NCBI GenBank assembly: GCA_030691505.1
Contig: JAUYEG010000087.1
Coordinates: 2,476-66,475, forward strand
Length of the DNA stretch: 64,000 nucleotides
Source: Bacillota bacterium
GTDB lineage: Bacteria; Bacillota; Sulfobacillia; JAUYEG01
Reading direction: 5' to 3'
Shown here: one piece after another, positions 27,184 to 34,755 of the stretch
Numbering within the stretch: the first letter of the stretch is position 1
Layout: each line of letters starts with the position of its first letter
Translations under genes and position numbers: made by a program
The notes under the pieces: generated by a model
The model's database searches: none
What the model saw: only the letters and a program-made list of their open reading frames with translations
What the model was told of the DNA's origin: nothing

Positions 27184-28209
27184 CTATTTGGTTGAGCGCT
27201 TGACCTCCGGATTTAGAGCCAGCAACCTGTCGACAGTCGTCTCGAACCGGCGGGCCAGGCCGTACAGGGTATCGCCCCGCTGGACGACGTACTGCGCCGT
27301 GTCCGCTCCACCATCATTCCTGATCGATAGGAGGTCGGTCACCCTGACGATGTCGTACCCGCGTCCGAGCAGGTCGTCTATGATCGCCGGCAGAGCCTGA
27401 GCGGTCTCGATTCGTCCCACGTGCATCAGGACAATCCCGCCGTCCTCGACCTTCGTGAGCACGCGGTCGATAATCGCCTGCACACCGCTCGTCTCCATCC
27501 AGTCCAGGCTGTCGACCTGCCACATCACAACCCAGCCGTAGCCGTGGGCCTCAAGGGCCTGCGATACCGCATCGCCGTGCGCACCGTAGGGCGGCCTGTA
27601 GAGAGGCACGAAGGATTCCTCGCCGCCCACGGCGACAAGCGCCTGCTTGCCCTGTGCGATCTCCGCATCGATCTTCTCCGGAGTTTGTTTGACCAGGCCC
27701 TCCGGGTGGGTGTACGAGTGATTGCCGACTTCGTGCCCCTCGGCGAGCATGCGCCGGACGAGATCGGGGTTGTTCTCGATCCACTTGCCGCGCGGGAAAA
27801 ACGTTACCTGCAGGTCGTATCGCTTCAGTACATCAAGCAGAGGGCCGGCGGGCTCCCAAAACCAGCCGCAGTCAAACGTAAGCGCAACGCGCTTCGTGCC
27901 TGCCTCGATGCGGGTGACGGTACGCGGCGGCGTCGGGGTCTCAAACGTCGGCCTCGCCGGTCCACCAGCCGGGATGCGGAGCACCTGTCCAGCATAGATG
28001 ACGTATTCAGACCCCCCCGGATCGCCCGTGGGATCCTGGCTGCCGCCGTCGCCCGTTCCGTCGCCGTTGCCTCTCAGCCAGGGTATCAAATCCCGGTTGG
28101 TCAGCAGGACACCGCCCATGCCGACGATAAAGCACAAGCCAATCACCAAGCCGATGGTTACCGCGCCCGGACGGACAAGCTTTAGCTTGCGTGCAAGCAC
28201 TTGTCCCAC
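27184..28209 (-). CDS. polysaccharide (peptidoglycan) deacetylase, NodB homology domain, with C-terminal LysM domain and N-terminal TM anchor
   Basis: TFDCGW and HSYTHP NodB motifs. C-terminal YVVQRGDTLYGLARRF LysM motif. Confidence 0.8.
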   Translation of the reverse strand: MGQVLARKLKLVRPGAVTIGLVIGLCFIVGMGGVLLTNRDLIPWLRGNGDGTGDGGSQDPTGDPGGSEYVIYAGQVLRIPAGGPARPTFETPTPPRTVTRIEAGTKRVALTFDCGWFWEPAGPLLDVLKRYDLQVTFFPRGKWIENNPDLVRRMLAEGHEVGNHSYTHPEGLVKQTPEKIDAEIAQGKQALVAVGGEESFVPLYRPPYGAHGDAVSQALEAHGYGWVVMWQVDSLDWMETSGVQAIIDRVLTKVEDGGIVLMHVGRIETAQALPAIIDDLLGRGYDIVRVTDLLSIRNDGGADTAQYVVQRGDTLYGLARRFETTVDRLLALNPEVKRSTK

Positions 28210-28293
28210 CTCCGGCTCGATAGTAGCACTGCGTTTACATAAGCGACCGTCGACGTAATCTATCGTAAATCATACGGCCCGGGAGGCATCGCC

Positions 28294-29628
28294 GTGACGC
28301 ACCCACCGGAACTCGTCGATGTGTCAGTGCTCGACCAGTTGGGGCCGCTCGTTCAGTGCCGGCTGCGGTTTCCCCGTCCGCGGCTCGACGATGTGCCCGG
28401 CGAAGTGAAGAGCGCGCTGGCCCGGCTTCCGGCCCTCGGCGGGCTTGAGCAAGGGCAGCGGGTAGCCGTCACGGCGGGCAGTCGCGGCATCACCGGCATC
28501 GCGCCGATTCTCCGCGCCGCCTGCGAGTACCTTCGCACACTGGGCGTCGAGCCGGTCGTGGTGTCGGCGATGGGCAGCCACGGTGGCGGCACCGCCGCCG
28601 GCCAACGGGATCTACTCCGTTCCCTTGGCATCACCGAGGAGGCGTTGGGCGGCACGCCGGTCATCTGTTCAGCCGAAACCGACATCATCGGCCACACCCC
28701 TGACGGTCTGGCGGTGCACGCCGACCGCTTCACAGTCCGCGAGGTGCACGGTGTGCTGGTCGTCAACAGGGTCAAGCCCCACACGGCGTTCCGCGGTCCG
28801 ACCGAGTCAGGCCTGCTCAAGATGCTTGCCGTCGGTCTCGGGCGGCAGCCGGGCGCCACGATCGTCCATTCACGCGGCCCCGGGTCGATGTGCGCGGCCA
28901 TCAGGTCCATGGCCGCGGTTTCGCTCGAAAAGCTGCCGGTGCTGGGCGGGCTGGCGATACTCGAAAACGGCTACGAAGAGACCGCGGAGATCGTGCCGTT
29001 GATGGCCCAGGAATTCCTGTCACGCGAGGAGACTCTGCTCGCCAGGGCGCGCGAGCTGCTCCCCCGGCTGCCGCTGGCGGCCGCGGACATCCTGGTCGTG
29101 GAGCAGATCGGCAAGGAGGTCAGCGGCACCGGGATGGACACCAACATCACCGGGCGTTGGGGCGACAGTGACCCCGGTCCCGAGGCCGGGCCGACGCCCG
29201 GCTTCCGGCGGGTCGTCGTGCTGGACCTGACCCCCTCATCACACGGCAACGCCACCGGGATCGGCCTGGCCGATTTCACGACCGACCGCGTCGTTCAGGC
29301 TATGGACCGGCGGGTCACCTACACCAACTGCCTGACGTCAACGCTCATTGACCGTGCCCGCCTCCCTCTCTTCCTGCCCGACGACCGTCAGGCGCTGGCA
29401 GCCGCGGTGCTTAGCCTGGGGGAGGTGGATCGAGGGCGCGCATCGCTGGTTCAAATTCGCGACACGCTCCACCTTGACGTAATCAGGGTCTCCGCGCACG
29501 TCGTGGGCAAGATGGAGCCGCCCCCAGGTGTGACCGTGGAGGTCGAGGAGCAGCCAGGGGCCTTCCCGATGGGTTTCGACGCCGGGGGGAGGCTTGCGCG
29601 CCTCCCCGCTCCCGAGGCGTCAGGCTAA
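28294..29628 (+). CDS. LarA-like (lactate racemase N-terminal domain, DUF2088) 2-hydroxyacid racemase/epimerase homolog
   Basis: VAVTAGSRGI ... AMGSHG and VKPHTAFRGPTESG segments parallel the LarA DxTR/GTHR and EPHFMAGFSGG regions. This is recall-based, not computed. Confidence 0.55.
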   Translation: MTHPPELVDVSVLDQLGPLVQCRLRFPRPRLDDVPGEVKSALARLPALGGLEQGQRVAVTAGSRGITGIAPILRAACEYLRTLGVEPVVVSAMGSHGGGTAAGQRDLLRSLGITEEALGGTPVICSAETDIIGHTPDGLAVHADRFTVREVHGVLVVNRVKPHTAFRGPTESGLLKMLAVGLGRQPGATIVHSRGPGSMCAAIRSMAAVSLEKLPVLGGLAILENGYEETAEIVPLMAQEFLSREETLLARARELLPRLPLAAADILVVEQIGKEVSGTGMDTNITGRWGDSDPGPEAGPTPGFRRVVVLDLTPSSHGNATGIGLADFTTDRVVQAMDRRVTYTNCLTSTLIDRARLPLFLPDDRQALAAAVLSLGEVDRGRASLVQIRDTLHLDVIRVSAHVVGKMEPPPGVTVEVEEQPGAFPMGFDAGGRLARLPAPEASG

Positions 29629-30647
29629 AGCGCGTAGCGCCGGCGGGCCGAATCCACGATCCTGCCCAGCACGTCGGCCCGGCTGAGGCCCATCGCCCTG
29701 GCCATGGTCCCGATGTAGCTTGCGTGCAGGTGCCGCTCGTTGCCGGTCAGTATCTGCAGCCCGGCAAAGGTATTTATCTCGAGGACCGCCGCCCGGCCGT
29801 CCTCGCCGACGATCGTGTCGACCCGGCCGTAGTCGCGCGCCCCCACCGCCGAAAACGCCCGCATCGCCGTATCCTGCACGGCCTCCAACTGCTCAGCGCT
29901 CAGCCGTGCAGGGCAGTGCATGATCTCGTTATCCATCTTGTGCTCAAACGTGTTGGTGCGCGCGTTGTTGTACTCGATCTCGAGCGGGATCAGGGCTTGC
30001 GGCGGATCGCCGATGACCCCGACCGTGACCTCCCGGCCCTGCAGGTAGGACTCCACCAGGGCCCCCTGGTCCATCCGGCTCACGATGGCTTCTGCCTGGC
30101 GCCGGAGGGAGACCGCGTCGGTAACAATGGAGTCGTCGCTTATTCCCGCGCTGCCGCGGCCCCGCACTGGCTTGACAAAGAGCGGGAAAGCCAGCGGCGG
30201 CGGTGGCGTCCATCCCGGGCCGATCGAACTCAACGGCACCGCGTGCCCCGTGGTGGCGCCGTCCTTCCCGATGGCTATGAACGGGGCGGTATTGACCCCG
30301 TGGCAAGACCACAGCTTCTTCCGTACGGCCTTGTCCAGGGCCACAAGGTCCAGGCCTGATCCGCAGTAGGGGATGCCAAGGGCCTCCAGGAGCGCCACCT
30401 CGGCCAGCGAAGAGGTGTTAAACACCAGTTGCGCCCGCATGCCGCGCAGCGCCGCGACCGTCTCCAGCGGGTCGCCGGCCTGCCATTGCACCAGCTCCGC
30501 CTCGTGGCCGGCCTCCAACAGAGCGTCGCGGTGCAGGCTTGCCTCCTCGATGGCATCGTCAGGCATCTCGCTGCCGGTGTACCTACGCTGCCATTCGACG
30601 TTCCGTCCGGGACGGAACAACACCGCTATCCTCAGTTTGTTTCCCAT
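29625..30647 (-). CDS. D-Ala-D-Ala ligase-family ATP-grasp enzyme with atypical N-terminal substrate region
   Basis: LEALGIPYCGSG, PLFVKPVRGRGSAGI, RVD and VLEINT motifs match the Ddl ATP-grasp core. ATG at MGNKLRIAVLF with a GGAGG RBS. Overlaps the convergent LarA-like gene by 4 nt. Confidence 0.75.
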   Translation of the reverse strand: MGNKLRIAVLFRPGRNVEWQRRYTGSEMPDDAIEEASLHRDALLEAGHEAELVQWQAGDPLETVAALRGMRAQLVFNTSSLAEVALLEALGIPYCGSGLDLVALDKAVRKKLWSCHGVNTAPFIAIGKDGATTGHAVPLSSIGPGWTPPPPLAFPLFVKPVRGRGSAGISDDSIVTDAVSLRRQAEAIVSRMDQGALVESYLQGREVTVGVIGDPPQALIPLEIEYNNARTNTFEHKMDNEIMHCPARLSAEQLEAVQDTAMRAFSAVGARDYGRVDTIVGEDGRAAVLEINTFAGLQILTGNERHLHASYIGTMARAMGLSRADVLGRIVDSARRRYAL

Positions 30648-30724
30648 CTCGCGCCTCCGGTCTCGCCGAGGTCCCCACGCCGGACACTCCGCGCCGGTCC
30701 GGTGTGCCGGTCCCGCGTGCTTGT

Positions 30725-32503
30725 CTAAGCCGATCTGCTGCGGGCTACATCCAGGCACCCGGCGACGCGTCTGGCCTCCGCCACCGGCCGCCCGCTGTCA
30801 TCTGTGGCCCGGCAGGCTCCGTCCACAATCGCAGTGTGTACCGTGCCGCGCGCATGCGCATTGCCCGCCAGGTCGGGGGCGTCAAGCAGCCCGCACTCGA
30901 CCGCTAGGGCGAGCGTCTCGGGGTCGGCCCAGGGGTCGCTAGTGCCTCTCGGCGCCAGCTCGCGCATGGCAGCCAGAAGCAGCCTTGCCTCGCTCAGGAG
31001 CTCGTCCCGCCGGGCGGTGACCCGCCGGTCGCGGGTCATGTCGGGCAGGCCGCGCAACAGGGCGTCGATAACGCCGCCGGCCATGCGCGCGCTTCCGATG
31101 ACGTCACCCGCGCGTGCCGCGTGGCTGGCCTCCGAATAGCCGACGACGTGCACGATATGCGGCCGCATTGCGAGCTGCAGGGCGATGGACCCGCACATGT
31201 GCCCCGCGGCCCGCTCGATCCCCGTTGGAACGCTGGCCAGGCCCGTGCGCGTCTCGCGCCAGATCGCGAATCCGCCGTTCTCCTCGAGCTCTCCCGCCAG
31301 TTCCAGCTTGGCCAGCATCTTGGCCAGATCCATGTCCGGGGCCGTCCCTACAGGGGTGTTGAACATCATCTGGCCGACATAGTCCCGCACGCCCAGCCGC
31401 TTTGCGTTGTACGCCGCAAGAAAGAAGGTCGCGACGGCGACGCTGTCGGGGGCAGCCCGCAGACTCCACTGGTGCGATTCGTTGACCTCGACGGGCACGC
31501 CATGCCCGGCGTGCCAGGAGATGCCGTCCTGGGCCTCGCCGATGGCCTCCCGGAGGCCGCGGTCGCTCCGGCGGTCCAGCACGTTGTACCAGAAAAGGGG
31601 AATCGCGGCCCAGGCGTTATTAATCGTTCGCTGCAGCACATCGGCCATCCGCAGTACATCGCGAGTGCCGCTGTAGCACCGGACAAGCGGCCGGTTGCCG
31701 GTGCGGGTAGCAGAGTAGATCAGGCGGAGGTCGTCTTCGCTGCGAATGGGTACGCCGCCGGCCCCATCCTGGGCGGGGTCCATCTCGGCGGGCCTGAAAA
31801 AGCTTGCCTGCGCGTTCTGGTCCGGCCCCAGCGACAGGACGTCGAGCACCTCCGCTTGGGCAATCTCGCGCGCCCCGCGGACGGTTTCGTCCACTGTCGG
31901 CTGCCCGAAATGGTGACGGATGAGCGGCGCCGGCGCCCTGGCCTTGATCCTCGCGATGAGTGTATCCGGCAACTCCGCCGGCGCAGCTGCCGCCTCGCCG
32001 CCCACCAGGTAGGCGCGGCAGTCGATGTCGCTGGAGCTGCTGCCGAAAGTGGCCTCGAACACCCCCATCCGCGCCGCCACGGCGCAGTTGGGGTCGGTGC
32101 CGCCGAAGACCAGGCGCAGGCCGGCGTCAATACGCGGGCGCAGCCGCGGCACGATGTCGGCCAGCATGCGCTCGAGGGCGTCAGGAGTCAGCCGGTAGCT
32201 GAGGGCGAGTACATCAGGCTCCCACCGCTGCACTTCAGCGACGATCGCCTCCGGCGGCTGGGCCGCGCCGAGAAAGCGCGTCTCAAATCCGGCCTGGTCC
32301 GCGAGAGCCAAGAAACGCCGGACGCCGGCAACGTGAACGCAGTTACCCAGGCAGGTCGCCAGCAGCCGGGCTCGTGACCGCGAAGATCGCCTCGTCAACC
32401 TCAGTGTCTCCTTCCCGAACCAGGTCAAGGACTTCGCTTGGGCTACGGCCGGCGATCCCCATCCGCGCGGCGTTGCGGCCCTCGCGCCTGTAGTCTGTGT
32501 CAT
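30725..32503 (-). CDS. coenzyme-B12-type carbon-skeleton mutase: N-terminal B12-binding-like Rossmann domain fused to a glutamate mutase E (GlmE)-like TIM-barrel
   Basis: N-terminus LLATCLGNCVHVAGVRRFLALADQAGFETRFLG resembles the B12-binding GDxHxxG-...-GfeVi.LG fold, with NCVHVAG in place of DxHxxG. C-terminal SHQWSLRAAPDSVAVATFFLAAYNA and NTPVGTAPDMDLAKMLAKLELAG resemble the GlmE FHQWMGGFPQDESKAFGVI and TPHEAIGIPTKEANAAG segments. The track start overlaps the upstream gene by ~160 nt, so the true start is probably internal. Confidence 0.55.
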   Translation of the reverse strand: MTQTTGARAATPRGWGSPAVAQAKSLTWFGKETLRLTRRSSRSRARLLATCLGNCVHVAGVRRFLALADQAGFETRFLGAAQPPEAIVAEVQRWEPDVLALSYRLTPDALERMLADIVPRLRPRIDAGLRLVFGGTDPNCAVAARMGVFEATFGSSSSDIDCRAYLVGGEAAAAPAELPDTLIARIKARAPAPLIRHHFGQPTVDETVRGAREIAQAEVLDVLSLGPDQNAQASFFRPAEMDPAQDGAGGVPIRSEDDLRLIYSATRTGNRPLVRCYSGTRDVLRMADVLQRTINNAWAAIPLFWYNVLDRRSDRGLREAIGEAQDGISWHAGHGVPVEVNESHQWSLRAAPDSVAVATFFLAAYNAKRLGVRDYVGQMMFNTPVGTAPDMDLAKMLAKLELAGELEENGGFAIWRETRTGLASVPTGIERAAGHMCGSIALQLAMRPHIVHVVGYSEASHAARAGDVIGSARMAGGVIDALLRGLPDMTRDRRVTARRDELLSEARLLLAAMRELAPRGTSDPWADPETLALAVECGLLDAPDLAGNAHARGTVHTAIVDGACRATDDSGRPVAEARRVAGCLDVARSRSA

Positions 32504-33515
32504 GCATCGCTGATGCCAGGGCGATCATCGCGTTGATGGTCGGTGTGCCTATCCCAGCGATGCGTCCCAGCGCCGAAATCGGCACCAGGCTGGCCGGCAC
32601 GTCCTCCCAGATGTAGCGGTGGTTGAGGTGCGCCGGGGCCCGGATGCCGGCGTAGCCGGGATTGTTGAGGACGGCCTCGCGGAGCGTCGCTCCCTCGGCG
32701 CCGTACGCTTCGCCAAGCCAATCGAGCGCTGACCGCGCACGTACGCCGTAGGCCCGGGCGACGTCCACCCGTTCGCTGTCGATCTGCTCGATAATCCGGG
32801 CCACCGTTGGGGTTATGCCCTCCAGGTAGTAGTCAAACTCTCCGCCCGTCGCCTCGATGTGCGCCGCGTTGAGCAGGGTGACTCCGGGATGGAAGACGGC
32901 GCCCATATTGTCGAGGCCGGTCTCCAGCACGCAACTGGCCGCGTAGAACTGTGGAAAGGCCGGGTTAAGGGCCGCGAGAACCCGCGGCGTGTCATCGGCC
33001 GGCAGGGCGGCCAGCGGCACGAATCGTTTGACGCTGAACACGCGGCAGGTTCCGTCGGCCTCCGCACGGCTGGCGAAAAGGAGTGTCTGGGCCTCCGCGA
33101 CAATGACGCCGCGCGGTGCACCGTCCTCCGTGAGGGCATGGCGGACCTCGAGGGCGCCTCCGGTCCGGCCGGGATTGAGCACGATGATCTGCCCTGGCTG
33201 GACCAACGGGGCCAGCATCTCGGCAAGCTCTCGGTGCGCAGTGGCAGGCACGACGACCATCAGAACGCGCGCACCGCTCACGGCCGCCTCAAGATCGGTG
33301 GTAACGAGGCTCGGTCTGGCGAAACCTGCGACCGACCCGGTCAAGGTGATGCCCCCACGCCGCCAGAGCGGCGCCAGCCGGAGCGGCGAGCGGTTAAACA
33401 GGCGGACCTCGTGGCCCTGTAATGCCAGGCAGCCTGCCATGGCCTGTCCGCCGCTGCCGGCACCGATGACCGCATAGACGCTTTTATGCACGCTCGAACC
33501 CCCTCTCAGCCAAGA
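32343..33515 (-). CDS. NAD(P)-dependent opine dehydrogenase family protein (octopine/nopaline-DH-like)
   Basis: N-terminal VYAVIGAGSGGQAMAG Rossmann motif and overall similarity to opine-DH/ApbA-like folds. Start likely MSWLRGG (33515) rather than the track start at 33596. Confidence 0.7.
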   Translation of the reverse strand, partial: SWLRGGSSVHKSVYAVIGAGSGGQAMAGCLALQGHEVRLFNRSPLRLAPLWRRGGITLTGSVAGFARPSLVTTDLEAAVSGARVLMVVVPATAHRELAEMLAPLVQPGQIIVLNPGRTGGALEVRHALTEDGAPRGVIVAEAQTLLFASRAEADGTCRVFSVKRFVPLAALPADDTPRVLAALNPAFPQFYAASCVLETGLDNMGAVFHPGVTLLNAAHIEATGGEFDYYLEGITPTVARIIEQIDSERVDVARAYGVRARSALDWLGEAYGAEGATLREAVLNNPGYAGIRAPAHLNHRYIWEDVPASLVPISALGRIAGIGTPTINAMIALASAMHDTDYRREGRNAARMGIAGRSPSEVLDLVREGDTEVDEAIFAVTSPAAGDLPG

Positions 33516-34080
33516 CATGACGGGCGCTGTGCGGTCGTACGGAACGGGCTGTACACCGTTGCCGGGCCGCGGCAATGCAACGCAAATGCGGGCCAATCGA
33601 CCGACATGCGCCGGAACACGAAGCCTGAGGCGACCACTGGCTGGGGAGGTTGGGTCGGACCGAGAACACGCCCTAGGGGGCGCACCGCGGAGGTCGAGGC
33701 GGGCCGGCCGACTACTGCGCCGGTTACCCGCTTCGCGGACCCACCTCCTCCTTCAACGCTTACGAGGTTAGCTGACGGGCTCGGGTCGAAAGAGTGTGAC
33801 CCTATGCGGTCTGCGCTCTGCCGTCCCGATGTTTGGCCGGCTGCGCTTCCCGCGATTAGCCCCTACTGCCCTGGTTCCCCCGTTCCCCCGCCCAGGCGGG
33901 GGATTAAGCGATTAAGGTGGTGGCTGTTATTGCATCACCATCTTAGCATTAACTTGCGCCAACAGTCAAAGAGACCCATGCGCGTTGGCTGTCGAATACT
34001 GGCGATAGCTGGGCCAACGATGCGTCGTTGGGCGGCATACCTGCAAGGGTGCGGTTTCCCCCGTTTTCGCGTGGCTAGCT

Positions 34081-34434
34081 ATGATGACGATGCCAGCGAT
34101 ATCACGGACCTGGCCGGGTGAGGGAGTCATACGGATGCGCGACTGGCCGGAACTGGTGGATGCCTTGGGCGTCCTCGCCCGCGGGGACCGGGTGCTCGAG
34201 GCGGGCACGGGCAGGGGGGCGATGCTCGAGTACCTGCTCCGGCTGCTGAGCATGCGCCGCGCCGCCGAGCCCTGGCTCGGGATCCCGTCATTGGTCACCC
34301 TCGCCGCCGATCCAGCCGCCCGCAGCCTCGGCCAGGGCCCGCTGCCTGCGGCTGCCCGGCGATGTCGCCCAATCGGTCACAGTCGTGGAGGCCGAGCTTA
34401 CCGAGTACGTGGTTGGTCCGTGCCCGCGCTTTGA
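34081..34434 (+). pseudogene. possible remnant of a class-I SAM-dependent methyltransferase (isolated motif I only)
   Basis: VLEAGTGRGAMLEYL resembles SAM-binding motif I. There is no RBS and no further motifs. It lies in a 1.1-kb non-coding gap. Confidence 0.2.
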
Positions 34435-34583
34435 GCTGCTGGCCACCCTCGTGGCTGGCCCGCCGGCTTGAGGCTGCCGGTTTCTCTTCGATTTCCTGGG
34501 TTGCCGACGAGCGGCAGCACCCGCGCTCGCCTGAGACCCTGTCCGAGCTGCTCTCCTCCGCCCCGCTTACCGCCCTCCCTTGC

Positions 34584-34617
34584 CCGCCCGGACACCCGCC
34601 CGGACACCCGCCCGGCG
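34584..34617. repeat. tandem 12-mer CCCGCCCGGACA, about 2.5 copies
   Basis: Read directly from the sequence, upstream of the GGDEF/HD-GYP gene. Confidence 0.6.
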
Positions 34618-34755
34618 CAAGCTGTCTCAGAAACAAGCGTTCCCGTGGGTTAAAATACCAGGTCTCGCCCCCGAAACATTGTACAGGCACTTTTGGCGGA
34701 CTCTGCGCCTTACGCCCGTTTCGATGGCCGGACGCGCCCGCTGGGAGGGAACACC

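Noticed and set aside
33600-33700. Possible cobalamin riboswitch near the B12-mutase operon
   Set aside because: Only a partial B12-box-like CCACTGG was found. The conserved GGUG...AAUCC core was not seen on either strand. A covariance-model scan would be needed, and I could not run one.
33486-34121. 211-aa ORF in the non-coding gap
   Set aside because: Low-complexity Arg/Pro-rich translation, no RBS, no motifs. This is typical of a high-GC random ORF.
26811-34690. Shared ATTGTAC(A) motif between the ferredoxin promoter palindrome and the GGDEF gene leader (ACATTGTACAGG at ~34677)
   Set aside because: This is only a 7-8-nt match, which could be chance. A genome-wide motif search would be needed before calling it a regulon.
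34440-34755. c-di-GMP (GEMM) riboswitch upstream of the GGDEF/HD-GYP gene
   Set aside because: No recognisable GEMM-I or GEMM-II conserved segments were seen by eye.
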